Position numbers and translations under genes: made by a program. The notes under the pieces are model-generated. The model worked only from the letters and a program-made list of their open reading frames with translations. It did no database searches and was not told where the DNA came from. A DNA stretch of 64,000 nt, from positions 115,509 through 179,508 of the forward strand of contig JAHDYR010000029.1 of the NCBI GenBank assembly GCA_019828565.1. The letters are read 5' to 3'. The stretch is from Carpediemonas membranifera BICM. Taxonomy: Eukaryota > Protista > Fornicata. Below are positions 20,259-31,900 of the stretch, piece after piece; the first letter of the stretch is position 1; each line of letters starts with the position of its first letter.

Positions 20259-23200
20259 ATGGCTAACAAGGTAGAATCACAGCTGCTAGATGATAGTTTG
20301 AGAGTTTCGCGCGATTGGCATCGAATTATGCGCCAGTATCATGCTCAGAGGCGCGCGGAAGACGCCGCCACCGTGCAAAAGCAGCTATTGAATCTTTACT
20401 TCCAACGCAGAGACATTATCGCATGCAACTCGGAGGAGAAGCGCCAGGAGCTTCTTGCAGCCCTCTCCGAGTATCTTGATGCGTGTGGCAGCAGCATGGG
20501 CCTCGACGTCGTCCCCCGCCGCATGATCGGGATCAACCAGGTGTCCGCACAGATCGGGAACACGTCCCCCGCGTATCTCCAGCTGCTTCACATCATGATG
20601 ACACGGGACGCCTCCATCAGCGGCCGGTGGGGGATGCTGCTGGACAGGGTGCCCGGCAGCAGCAGGTCACACCAGGCCCTGGTGATACACATCCCGAGCA
20701 TCCCAGCGAACGACCCCGCGGCGTCCCACTTCCAGCTGCTGGTCCATCTCGCCACAGCGGACGGTCCCATCACGGAGAAGCTCATCGCGGACTTCGATAA
20801 GGACGGCAGGAACGCCAATGGGGGCTTCAGGGGCGCCTTTCTGCACATACCAGGCGAGTTTCTCCGCCGGGCCCCCCGTGCAGCAGACGTCCACATCGTG
20901 TTCGAGCTGATCACGGTCGTCGAGATCAGCCGGCTGGGCCCCAACGGCGACACCGTCGTCCAGACGTACCGGCAGCCCCGGGCGACCGGTGTGTACCACC
21001 TCGGGGACCTTGTACTGACCCAGATCATGACGACTGGGCGGGACTCGGTCGTGTTCGAGGGCAGCATGGTGCTCGTGGTCCACGGGCTGCGGGCGGGCAA
21101 CTGGCCTGTGCTCCTGCTGACGCCCAACGAGGACGAGGACGTCCAATCGTTGTCGGTGGCGTTCCAGCTGCGGGCATACTCCATGGCGAACTTTTTCGCC
21201 GACGCCCCCCGCCTGCTGGGAATCGGGGACCGTTTCATCGGTGCTGTTGGCCGTTACCTGTCCCCCGTGCCCGAGCTCGACCGGTCCGACGTCTACATCA
21301 CCTTGTCGCACGGGTCATTCATGAACAACAAGAACTACGAGGTAATCATCAGACCCATGGTCGGGCACAGAGTACTGGGCGGCATAGCACTCGGCAGAGC
21401 CGTGGGAGACAACCCCTGCGCCGCTCTCAGTGACGCCGGGCTCGTTGAGGGCGAGATGACGGCAGAGCTTCAGCGATCATTCCTTGGTCTGCAGGACTGC
21501 TCCCGGCGTCGGTGCGCCGTCTCTCGCGTATTCTACCACGAACAGAATCCGCAGTTTAACGACACATTTATCCTTCCGATTGAGCGGACAGACGACGTGT
21601 CGCTGCACGTCACGGTCGCCAACTGGTCGAGGAAGCGGTTCAGACGTGAGGTATGGGCGCACGGTGTTCTTCCCCTCTTCCGAAAGCACGCGGCCAACGG
21701 CACCCCCACCGTCGTCCACACTGGGCCTAGGACCCTAAAACTGCACCGTACAAGGGACGGTGTGCTGCTGGACGACCTGAACGAGATCGAGCTGGAGACG
21801 GACGGTGGCCACTTTGGCACGCTGTCGTTCGACGTCAGGCTGGAGTCGACGTGTCTGTCCGACGACCAGCGGCTGCACGACCTGCTCCACTGTCCTCTGG
21901 ACAACGTCAACCATGTCCTGCAGGTGCTGCGGGACTTCGACTTCGTTGCCCCGACAGAGGTGACGAAGTTCCTATCAGAGATCATTGCCGTTCTTATCGA
22001 CATGACGGCGGCCTCGATCCCCGCGGCCTTCACCACGCTGGTCCACACCCTCCATGTGCTGAGCCGGGCGGAGCTGTGGCAGGCGCTGACCGACGGCATC
22101 CGCGGTGTCCGGACCCCTGACACGGCCTTGTCTTTGCTCGACCCGCTCAACAACTCCCTGCAGAAGCTCAGCACTACTTCGTGGGACGAGGCCCAGGCCA
22201 TACTCAATGCACTGCCGTGGATACTGCAGGTCGTCGCCAAGTCCCCGGACGTCGCCGCCTGTGTCCGCGTGATCACCGCCGTCCCCGAGATGATCATCAG
22301 TCTGGCCGCCCACGGCGAGCTCACTGGCCTCCGCGTCCTGGCTATGAGGGCGTTCGCGGCGTCCATAGAGGGCTTCGTCCGCGTGCTCGGCGCTGCAGAT
22401 GTCGCCAACCGGACCGCGGCCTTCCTCCGGGTCTGCCCGAGCGGGTCCGGGGCAGAGCGGGAGGAGCTGGCCTTCGCCCTGGCTAGGGTCATCCGGTCGT
22501 CGATATTCTCACCCAAGGACAGGGTCGACCCGACCAAGCAGGCGCCGTCGACCAGGGTGCTGCTCAACGACGTCGTCATCGACAGGCTGCTCGAGTTCAT
22601 GCCCGACTCGCCCCACGCCGTCCGACTGCTGAGGGAGCTCGTCACGGCCACCCCCATGAGCAACACCGGATACCTGGTGCAGCTGGCCCAGTCGGTGGCG
22701 GACATCGCAGCTGACCATGTGCCCCTGGACGTCGACTGCTGGCTGCCGCTCCAGTGTGTGCCGTATGTCCCCCGCCCCTACGGCTACGTGCGGGGGTCCC
22801 GGCCGACCGACCTGCCCCTGCCGCCCATCGAGGCTGACTCGGACAGCATGTTCTCACTGTGCGTCACGACGCTGTACCAGTTCATCTACTACGCCTCTGA
22901 GGAGCATCTGAGACCATTCTTATCCCCTGCGAACATGAAGCTGCTCGCCCGTCTGCTGCTATACTCGCCATTCAACACGCTGTGGTTTGAGATGCACGTA
23001 CTGGCGGCACAGGCGAGCGAGCGGGCGATAATGATGGCTGACGATGCCGCCGTGGAGAAGATCGAGTTGATGCTCGCACTAATCCACCACCCCCTCCACA
23101 ACGGGTCCATTGACGGGTCGGCCCCTAAGGTCGAGCTCTACCAGGCCAGGTTCAAGCTGACGCCGCTCCAGATCATCCAGCGGCTGTGCCTCAGAGCAGA

Positions 23201-25109
23201 GGGCCTCATCATGCGGAACATTGCGCTGCTGCGGCCCAGCGCTGTGATCGGGGCGTCCCTGCGGCTGTTCGCTCTGCCCTGCGACCCGCCCCGGGCCCTG
23301 GCCGTGCATGTGTACACCAAGGCCATCCAGCAGGCCGCCTCGACTGCTGAGGACCTCCACGACGCCTGTGTGAGCACGCTGTCTGCCCTGGAGGAGCTGT
23401 ACAACGCCAGGCTCTACAACCAGACGCTGGCGACTCGTCTGCAGCAGTGTCTGTCACACGTCCTGGTCGACCCAGCGTCCCCGACCAAGGCGATGTTTGC
23501 TGAGTTCACCGAGGAGGTCAGCGTGCTGCTCAACCACCTGCAGTACCTTCACACGTACTCGGACAGCCAGACGCACGAGGACCGGAAGACAGAGGCGCTG
23601 GTGAAGCTCCTAGAGCACCTGCATCAGAGCGGGTCATACGACGTGCTGGCCGCCAAGTTCGCGGGGCAGTTGTCCTCGATGCACAGCGCCCTCGGAAACA
23701 ACGCGGAGGCAGCACTCACACTGCTCAAGGCCTCGGAGAACGCGCCGTGGGACGCTACCCGCGTGGCGACTATCGAGAAGGCGCTCGGTCTGTTCGAGGC
23801 AGACTCCCTCTATGAGAAGTGCATCGAGGTGCTGACAGCCTTCCAGCCCCGCCTCGTCTCCATCGACCCCGACACGATGCCCGCCGCCATGGCCGGCCTC
23901 CTCGAGCGGCATGCCCGGTGGTGGCGCATGGCCGGCGCGGACAGGCTTTTCCCGGACTTCTTCCTGGTTTGTCTCTGGTGGCGGGAGGAGGCGTCGATGC
24001 AGGTGTACAAGAGCAGCAAGGGCGAGCACGTGGCGACGTTCCAGCGTCGCATGGAGGGTGCCTTCGAGTTCACCATGCGGGACCACCTTGTGTCGTCGCG
24101 GGACTTCCCGACGGACGCCATGCTCTCAGACCCGCAGAAGAGATACCTGCAGGTCGTCAAGACGGACCCGGTGCTGTTCAGGGACATCTTCAGCGTCTGT
24201 GACGACTACTCCCGGTTTAGAATCACCACCGCGCCCTTTGTACACACAGGAGCGGACGGCACAGTCTCGTTCAAGCCCCTGCGCCGCATGACAGAGGGCG
24301 AATGGGGCGTGCTGAAGGAGAGGTCCATGGCCGAGCTCGATGCCAAGTCGACGCCGACGCCGTTCGACACGCTGCCCGCCGCCTTGTCCAACTACCACCG
24401 CCACAACAATGTTCGTGTATTCCGGGCCGACATGCTGTGGGCCAAGCAGAAGGAGCTGAAGGGCCATTGCACAAACTTGTACAAGAACTGCAGGTTTTAC
24501 ATCTGCGACGACAGCCTGCCCTCGCGGACACGCAGGGCGACCGTCTCCGCAGTTCTCGAGATAGTGCTCACTCCCATCCAGATCGCCTGCACCGACCTCG
24601 AGGCACAGGCGTCCGGCCTCGACGACGCCACCAGGCTCATCAGGTCTCTGGCCGCAGAGACGGAGGTTGGCAGGGTCGACGCGGGTCCGGCAGGCCCGCT
24701 GACCCAGAAGCTGGCGGGGATCGTTACGGCCTGGGTCAACGGCGGTCCGATGACGTACGCAAAGGCGTTCATGGCGTCCGAGCACCGCGACGACGCCCTC
24801 ATTGGCCGCCTCGACCTGGCCCTGACCGAACTGCTAAGAAGCACCCGGGCCGGCCTGGGGGTCCACCGGCACCAGACGCTGGGCCTCGACGGGCTGCAGG
24901 GCACGATGGAGCTGAACTACATCCGCCTCGCCGCCCAGATCCTTGAGGTACGGAAGACGTTCATGGCCGAGTGCGGCGCGACCGGGCTCGAGGCCCACAC
25001 TGAAATGCTACGGGGTCTGGTTGTTGACGCCATCAGCTCGTTCGAGGGCTGCCAGACGTTGTTCCGGTACGACCAGGCAGAGGACACCGTTATAGAGCTC
25101 ACACGGTGA
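20259..25109 (+). CDS. DOCK-family Rho/Rac guanine nucleotide exchange factor (DHR-1 C2 + DHR-2)
   Basis: SRVFYHEQNPQFNDTFILPI (DHR-1); LTPIQIA...LAGIVTAWVNGGPMTYAKAF (DHR-2 nucleotide-sensor VNGG). Confidence 0.9.
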   Translation: MANKVESQLLDDSLRVSRDWHRIMRQYHAQRRAEDAATVQKQLLNLYFQRRDIIACNSEEKRQELLAALSEYLDACGSSMGLDVVPRRMIGINQVSAQIGNTSPAYLQLLHIMMTRDASISGRWGMLLDRVPGSSRSHQALVIHIPSIPANDPAASHFQLLVHLATADGPITEKLIADFDKDGRNANGGFRGAFLHIPGEFLRRAPRAADVHIVFELITVVEISRLGPNGDTVVQTYRQPRATGVYHLGDLVLTQIMTTGRDSVVFEGSMVLVVHGLRAGNWPVLLLTPNEDEDVQSLSVAFQLRAYSMANFFADAPRLLGIGDRFIGAVGRYLSPVPELDRSDVYITLSHGSFMNNKNYEVIIRPMVGHRVLGGIALGRAVGDNPCAALSDAGLVEGEMTAELQRSFLGLQDCSRRRCAVSRVFYHEQNPQFNDTFILPIERTDDVSLHVTVANWSRKRFRREVWAHGVLPLFRKHAANGTPTVVHTGPRTLKLHRTRDGVLLDDLNEIELETDGGHFGTLSFDVRLESTCLSDDQRLHDLLHCPLDNVNHVLQVLRDFDFVAPTEVTKFLSEIIAVLIDMTAASIPAAFTTLVHTLHVLSRAELWQALTDGIRGVRTPDTALSLLDPLNNSLQKLSTTSWDEAQAILNALPWILQVVAKSPDVAACVRVITAVPEMIISLAAHGELTGLRVLAMRAFAASIEGFVRVLGAADVANRTAAFLRVCPSGSGAEREELAFALARVIRSSIFSPKDRVDPTKQAPSTRVLLNDVVIDRLLEFMPDSPHAVRLLRELVTATPMSNTGYLVQLAQSVADIAADHVPLDVDCWLPLQCVPYVPRPYGYVRGSRPTDLPLPPIEADSDSMFSLCVTTLYQFIYYASEEHLRPFLSPANMKLLARLLLYSPFNTLWFEMHVLAAQASERAIMMADDAAVEKIELMLALIHHPLHNGSIDGSAPKVELYQARFKLTPLQIIQRLCLRAEGLIMRNIALLRPSAVIGASLRLFALPCDPPRALAVHVYTKAIQQAASTAEDLHDACVSTLSALEELYNARLYNQTLATRLQQCLSHVLVDPASPTKAMFAEFTEEVSVLLNHLQYLHTYSDSQTHEDRKTEALVKLLEHLHQSGSYDVLAAKFAGQLSSMHSALGNNAEAALTLLKASENAPWDATRVATIEKALGLFEADSLYEKCIEVLTAFQPRLVSIDPDTMPAAMAGLLERHARWWRMAGADRLFPDFFLVCLWWREEASMQVYKSSKGEHVATFQRRMEGAFEFTMRDHLVSSRDFPTDAMLSDPQKRYLQVVKTDPVLFRDIFSVCDDYSRFRITTAPFVHTGADGTVSFKPLRRMTEGEWGVLKERSMAELDAKSTPTPFDTLPAALSNYHRHNNVRVFRADMLWAKQKELKGHCTNLYKNCRFYICDDSLPSRTRRATVSAVLEIVLTPIQIACTDLEAQASGLDDATRLIRSLAAETEVGRVDAGPAGPLTQKLAGIVTAWVNGGPMTYAKAFMASEHRDDALIGRLDLALTELLRSTRAGLGVHRHQTLGLDGLQGTMELNYIRLAAQILEVRKTFMAECGATGLEAHTEMLRGLVVDAISSFEGCQTLFRYDQAEDTVIELTR

Positions 25110-25694
25110 TTATGTAACATGTAATACGATTATGTAGGTTAGGGTTGACTGGTAAAGATGTTTAGGTTGATTATTCTGATTTGACAACTCAATCTCCGGG
25201 ATCTTGGGCAAGAAGCGGTTTTATCGGTGTCCCACGGGCACACCCGAGCTATGGGGCCGCTATCCATGGGAGGTGTGAGAAGTGGTCTTCTTCCGACAAT
25301 CAAAAAAATGAAGAGGATGATGGACGAGTGGAAGACGGAGGAAGGAGAGTATCAGCGGAAGATGAACGGCCTGTTCAGGCACTTCCATGAGAGCTTGCGC
25401 CTAATCGGGTGCTCGCTGTCTGTGCCGAAGACGAAGATCCTCTGCCGCGATACCGATGGGATGTCGCTGAGGGCAAGCCATTGAGGGGAGGAAGATGGTT
25501 GAGGCAGTGACCTTACCTTATGATGTACTAGGACCGTGAATTTACGAAAATCCCCAAGAGATGGACACGCTGGACAAGGGTCAAGGAAGATTATATAAGC
25601 TGAATGGACATAAAACTCACACAGAAGTGGCCGAATCCCCTTAATTATCGAGCCGTTCCCCAAAATCTTCTGGCCAAACCACAGACTGGCAATT

Positions 25695-26933
25695 ATGGAG
25701 GACAGCGACCCGCAGCACTCGCAAACGGGATCAAACTCTGTAGAATTAGAAGCACAACAGCGCTCATACAGTCTGTTGACGCCTATGGCTCCCATCGACG
25801 CTGTGTACAAGAAAATCATCGAAGAGTTCGAAACACGCGTTGGGGAAGGCGTCCGGCTCGTCAAAGTAGGTAAGACGAACCGTAGTAGATCTGAAAAGAA
25901 ACCGTATAAGCCGCCGAAGCGCGGGAGGCGTAATTCTCGATCGGAGAACACCGACGAGGCCAACAGCGGGCGCTACTCGCTCGAGACGATCTACTTCATC
26001 TGCAAGGACAGCCGTAAGCCCGCAGAGATGTCTGTAGATGACTTTGTAGCCTGTAACTTCCGTATGAAGCTCGTGGTTGACCGGAAGAACTCCCTCGCCG
26101 CGTATGCGACGCTCCTAGACTACCCCGAGCACATCCCCCACCAGCATCAGTACACGTACCAGCGCACGACCATGTCGAGCATCACCCGAGAGTTGTCTTC
26201 CCAGCGGTTCAAAGGCCCGTCGAGACCAAGGAGGCCGTCCCGCGTCGCATCAAGGGACGACGACGACTACTTCTCGGACAGCGAGGGCTGCGACTCACCC
26301 GCGGAGGAGCCGATCGCACCCAGGCCGCCGAGACCGCGGCGGGTTGTCAAGGCCGAGCCCGTGGCCGAGCCCGTCGAGGTGGGGACGCCGTCCGACGACA
26401 TCCCGATCCGGATGGTGGACCCGACCGACTTCACACCCGGAGACCCTGACGACACGCCCGCATCCCGCGGCTATGACCATCTGTTGGACAGCCAGCTGGT
26501 GAACTCCGACTCCCCCATCCGCGACATCACTCTAGGCGATCCTATGCTGAGGGACGAGTCCCTGTCACCAGGGATGATCGTACAGTCGATTGACAGAATC
26601 GGATTAGATTCGCCCGATTCAGATTCGTTCTCGCTATTTTCGGATGCGACTTGCTTTGACTCGCCGCCGATGCATGACAGTCCCACTTGGCACACCCGCA
26701 TGGTATCCATGTACGATACCACTGATTCACCAGCGAACACAGTTGGTCAACTTGCCGACCTTGACGACGACGATGTTGGCATGGACTTTGAGGCACTGGA
26801 CATGCTCAAGACTCAGGACAACGGGGGCCATGGGAACGAGGAGGGCGAGGAGATTGATAATGAGGCGCTGACGCTGTACGCGATGCAGGCCGTAGACCAG
26901 TTCGCCGACGGGCCATTCGGGTACGGGTTTTAG
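25695..26933 (+). CDS. Putative transcription factor with FAR1/AFT/WRKY-GCM1-like C-C-H-H Zn finger and acidic disordered C-terminus
   Basis: YFIC-x16-CNFRM...EHIPH, basic NLS-like stretch, D/E/P/S-rich tail. Confidence 0.5.
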   Translation: MEDSDPQHSQTGSNSVELEAQQRSYSLLTPMAPIDAVYKKIIEEFETRVGEGVRLVKVGKTNRSRSEKKPYKPPKRGRRNSRSENTDEANSGRYSLETIYFICKDSRKPAEMSVDDFVACNFRMKLVVDRKNSLAAYATLLDYPEHIPHQHQYTYQRTTMSSITRELSSQRFKGPSRPRRPSRVASRDDDDYFSDSEGCDSPAEEPIAPRPPRPRRVVKAEPVAEPVEVGTPSDDIPIRMVDPTDFTPGDPDDTPASRGYDHLLDSQLVNSDSPIRDITLGDPMLRDESLSPGMIVQSIDRIGLDSPDSDSFSLFSDATCFDSPPMHDSPTWHTRMVSMYDTTDSPANTVGQLADLDDDDVGMDFEALDMLKTQDNGGHGNEEGEEIDNEALTLYAMQAVDQFADGPFGYGF

Positions 26934-27132
26934 AGGCAGCGGGCTCAGTGTAACATAAAGCATAGCCCTGATTTGAAGTCTGTTTTATGTTGACTCGGCG
27001 AATGCATCCTGGATGCTGTATTTAGCCGACGCTGGTAGATTTCAGTCCCTGTAAAAGCACGGTGTCTGCCGGTAGTATGGTGTCAGATGGGCTCTCCAGC
27101 GTCTGGTTCCGGCACCAATCAAATCCACTAAC

Positions 27133-28728
27133 ATGGGCCTTTTGATCGGAACGGAAAGCATGGCGGCCGAACGTCATGTATTCAACAATAGCTTGCAGCG
27201 CAATATTGTCCGCGTCATCAGTGACCTCCATGTAGGTTGCCACTGGCACACGGAGGAGAACTCGCGTGCCCTGGCGGTCTGTCTCGATGAGATGGCTGAT
27301 CCGAACACATGCGTCCATAGCCTGGTCGTCGGCGGCGATGTTCTGGAGCAGTGGCTTGTTCCATTCACTGAGGAGCCCCCCAACTGCGTCGATCTGCTCC
27401 GTTCCGGCCAGATCTATCCCGTCGTCGAGAAGCTGCTCGCAATATCCAAGAACGGCGTCAACGTCTACTACATCCGTGGCAACCACGACGACGAGCTCGA
27501 CACGGCCTCCCTCCGCGAGGTGTTCGGCGATCACCTCATCATTGTTGAGGGCGAGGAGCTCTGCTTCAACGGCATGAGGTTCCAGCACGGTCACTTCTGT
27601 GACATACTCAGCATGCCGTACGAGGGCGCCAAGTTCAAGAGGCCCGCGACCTACTACATGAGCAGGCTGGCTGCGGCGAGCGGTAACATGCAGGACCGGC
27701 CCAACCCGGCATGGATGGACTACTCTTCCTTGACGGGCAATAAGTTCTTCACATACTTCCTGCTGCTCTTCTACTTCAAGCCAGTGACGCCGTACTTCTT
27801 CAAGCTTGCCCTGACAACGTCGTACCAGAAGAAGTGGGACGTGATCAAGAGCGAAGTCGTCCAGCTCAGGGACGGTAACTCCCTCACTCTCAGCGAGATC
27901 GTCCAGGAGTACTCAGACATGTTGTTCCACGCCATCGAGCGGTACGGCACTCTTGCCACGGCCGCCATGTTCCGCATGAGTCTCTCGGGCAACGTCGGCC
28001 ACTGGATGCGCCGCTCGCCCTACCTCGTCGAGGTCGCCGGCCACTCGCACGTGCCGGTGTTGAGGTCGTACATGCGGTACAAGAGCCTGCTGTCGGACGG
28101 GACCAAGGCGCCGCGCACCCTGCCGACCAAGGTCATTTATGCCAACTCGGGTTCATTTACTGGGGGCGAGTCGACCTATGTAGACATCCTCCTTGCCCGC
28201 ACGTCGCACGAGGTTGGCTGGCGGTCCTACCTCCCACCCTACCTCTTCGGCCTCGAGCACCCCCGCGACAACCGCTCCTTTTACGATAACTACAAGGGCG
28301 AGGCCCTCCCCGTCGGCCTGGCCCCCCATACCTGGGATCGATCCGGCTCGATCAACGACCCTGCCCGGCTGACCCAGCAGGAGTCGGGTGTGGCAGCTGG
28401 CACGGTGGTCCCATACGAGGTCCGCATGGTCGAGTGGCGTGACGGCGGCTTCTACATCAGGAAGGCCAAGCGGGTGCCCTACAGGTTCGACCCCACCTCG
28501 TTTAACCGACGCCGCCACCCCCTCAACGCGTACGGCCTACCCACGAGCGACGGGTGGACCGTGACCAAGGACACCAAGGCCAGGGTCGGGGTCCCCGTGA
28601 CGTCGGCGCTGAGCCCCACAGTTTGGGTCGACCCGACCGTGGCCCATAAGGGCATGGACGTCGACACAGCCAAGCCAATGGCGCAGGAGAAGGCGGTCAC
28701 CAACGCGGAGGCCGAGAACCAGGTTTAA
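27133..28728 (+). CDS. Calcineurin-like metallophosphoesterase, LpxH-like subfamily (start may be 27160)
   Basis: All motifs present: ISDLHVG, GGDVLEQW, RGNHDD, HGHFCD, GHSHVP, YANSGSF. Confidence 0.85.
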   Translation: MGLLIGTESMAAERHVFNNSLQRNIVRVISDLHVGCHWHTEENSRALAVCLDEMADPNTCVHSLVVGGDVLEQWLVPFTEEPPNCVDLLRSGQIYPVVEKLLAISKNGVNVYYIRGNHDDELDTASLREVFGDHLIIVEGEELCFNGMRFQHGHFCDILSMPYEGAKFKRPATYYMSRLAAASGNMQDRPNPAWMDYSSLTGNKFFTYFLLLFYFKPVTPYFFKLALTTSYQKKWDVIKSEVVQLRDGNSLTLSEIVQEYSDMLFHAIERYGTLATAAMFRMSLSGNVGHWMRRSPYLVEVAGHSHVPVLRSYMRYKSLLSDGTKAPRTLPTKVIYANSGSFTGGESTYVDILLARTSHEVGWRSYLPPYLFGLEHPRDNRSFYDNYKGEALPVGLAPHTWDRSGSINDPARLTQQESGVAAGTVVPYEVRMVEWRDGGFYIRKAKRVPYRFDPTSFNRRRHPLNAYGLPTSDGWTVTKDTKARVGVPVTSALSPTVWVDPTVAHKGMDVDTAKPMAQEKAVTNAEAENQV

Positions 28729-28972
28729 GTAAAGTTTGTTTGAAATGTATGAATCCCAAATCTTTGGCAAGTGATCTTTGCGGTAAGGCAGGAGTTGAGG
28801 CCCGAAAAGTTCATGGAGGATAAGGAATGGCTCTACCTTACCTTACGGCTCTATTACACGGATTAGATGCGTTAATTTCCGCCCAATGTCGTCAGTGACG
28901 TAAGAGGGCCAGTGCAGTTTAGCAGTGAACTCGCGAAATCGAGCCAACATAGTGCAACAATGAAGCTGCAAG

Positions 28973-31900
28973 ATGAAGGCTACGGTATGTACAGAAGCAA
29001 AAAGTGATCACATAGATGGAAATATTGACGGAAACGAAGATGAGCCGATTGTCGGCGAGGAGGCGGAGCAATCTGTTATTCGCCGCTACCTCGACCGTAC
29101 CTGGCTTGTGAACTTTATGCGCGATCGGTATGTACTATTTAGACCACTTCCCACCTGATACAGCCCCCGTATAACGTTATCCTACTTCTCTTTTTCTGCC
29201 GCCCTCTCGCTCGTCTACATCGGCGTTTACATCCTCGAGACGATCGTCTCCCAGGGACCTGGCACCAGGGACCTCTTCAACGATGTGATCTTCTCCGAGT
29301 ATCCCCGTGTCGTCGAGCTCATCCCCTCTTTGTCCGACTACTCGCTCTCCATGGACACCATCGCCGCTGCCCTCAGGTGGATCAACTTCACGATCCCCTT
29401 CTGGTTCATTGTGGACTACACCTTCGCCTTCTTCACGACCCCCAACCTCCTCCGGTTCCTCGTGAGCCCCGTCGTCCTGCTCTCTCTCGTCCCGATGCCC
29501 TTCAGCTGGGCAAGGCCATGGGCTGAATTCGTACCATCCCTCGCATTCTTGCGCATCCTGCACGTCTATTGGTGCAGCAGCTACATCATCCCCGCCATCA
29601 ACAACCTCACGATGCTTCTTGTCAAGCTCGTTGTCGTTGGCTTGACCTTCGTCGTCGCTGCAGCTGGTCTCATGCATCTCATCGAGGTTGTCGTGTTCGA
29701 CATGCAGCAGGAGTACCGCTTCCACTTCTTCGACTCAATGTACTTCATTCTCTCCTCCATGTCGACGGTGGGCTTCGGGGACGTCGTTGCCATCAGCATC
29801 GTCGGTCGGTTCTTCATCATCGCCGTGATCCTGGTCACAGTGCTCTATGTTCCCATCCAGACCAACAAGATCTACCGAATCTTGCAGACCAACGTTGAAT
29901 ACGGTTCTTTCTCCAAGAAGGCCGGTGACAAGCACATCGTCGTGACAGGCTCCGTCACGCCCGATGGCCTCAGACTGTTCCTCGACTCCTTCTTCAACGG
30001 CAAGAAGAACGCCGGCAAGAAGGTCGTCGTGATGATCACACGGCGCTGGGACGAGACGATCGAGAAGGAGATCTCCGCCACCGCCCCCATCCCCGGCATC
30101 ATCCACTTCATCAAGGGCTCCTTCAACGACCCCGCAGACCTGGCTAGGGCTGACATCCGCCGCGCCTCTGAGATGTACATCCTCTCGGGGGGGACCCACG
30201 AGGCTCTGGACGACGACAGCGAGGTCGTCGAGGCACTGCTGTCAGTTGTCAGGCAGAACAGAGCCCTGCCCATCTGCCTCCAGGTCCTCAACGCGGACAC
30301 TGCCCGAGTCCTTCAAGACCAGCTCGACCACGTCGTGCAGGCGCTCAACCCCCTGGACCACCTCGGCAAGGGACGCCGCATGGTCACGTTCCTGGCCTTC
30401 CGAGATCTGACGTACTCTGTGTTGTCGACGGCGGCCGTTGTCCCTGGATTATCGACGTTTGTTCACTCAGTCGTCAGGACGTTCAAGGACTCCGACCTCG
30501 AGGCGATGAACCCCGAGATGAAGCTGATGACGGCCAAGCTGATGGCCGAAAAGAAGGCTAAGCGGACAGGAGCTGTTTCAGACCACCTAAAGCACGCCGG
30601 CCTGCTCGTCGACATCAAGGAGAACGCCGACGGCACCCTTGGCGTCGGACACGTGGAGGCCCCTGAGTGGCTGCAGCTCTACGCCCAGGGTCTGGCTTAC
30701 AGCGTCTACCGATCCAGGGTCCCGCTGCTGCACGGGGGCCAAACGTACGGCGAGATGTCCGTTGACCTGTTCCAACAGGGATGCATTGTAGCTCTCGGCG
30801 TCGAGGTCACTGACGGCACAAACACCGAGCTCTTCTTGAACCCGCCGCCGGACTACCGCGTTGTCGCCGGCCAACCACTGTTCGTCCTTGCCAGGTCCAG
30901 CAGGGAGGCAGACATGCTGAGACACTTTGGAGAAGAGACGTACGACGGCGAGTTTGACATGACCGAGCGGACCTCGCTGAACGGGTCGAGGCGCGGCTCC
31001 ATGTCCTCCAGACGCAGGTCCGTGACCGTGTCAAACCCCATCGTCGTCCCTGCCGAACCCCAGGTCGAGGTCATCACTGTCGATGACGTCGCGGTCGGCG
31101 CCAATGACGACAAGCCCAAGGAGAGGCACCGCCACCGCCACCGCAAGAAGCACGCTGAGGAGGAGGCCCTCGACGCAGATCTCGGCACCGAGCCCGACGT
31201 CGACCTGCCCGGGCCGATGACCAGTCATCTAATGGAGAGCGACGTCGACACGCTGCCCCGCAACTACATCAGGTCTGTCGCCGCGACGCCCAGGACAGCA
31301 CAGACCAGTGCTGCCCGGCCTGAGGGTAACGGCTGCTCGCTCGTGAACCGCGTGGCCGACGTGAAGGGCCACACGGTCTTCTTCGGCCGTCTCGAGCGGT
31401 TCTATCATTTCGTAGACTTCGCGGCGGTGGAGCAGCACACTGTCATCGTCTTCCTCACCCCAGACAGCATCCCCAGCGGCTTCTACGAGCAGTACAGCGA
31501 CCGGACAATATTCGTGGTCAACTGCCCCCGCAAGCCCACGCGATACGACTTCGACCGCTGCAACTTCACTGCCGCCAAGGCCATCATCGTGTCGCCGGTC
31601 AGCTCGATGGTGAACTCCAACGACTCGCTCGTCACTGGGCTCATGCTGGACGCTGAGGTGAAGCAGATCCAGCTGACGGCCAGGCCTCACATCACCGTGG
31701 AGAGCAATGGCACGAAGCAGGCGATCCTGACGTCGTCGGAGACAGAGACGCGGTACTTCTTCTCGCACATATTCCAGCAGTCGTCGTTCTTCTCGGACGA
31801 CTGGCACTACCAGGCACTGCCCTCGGCCTACTCCAACCCCGCCGCCCTCAAGTTCCTCAACCGTCTCTTCCTCGACAGGGCCGACGACAACGCCACCGAG

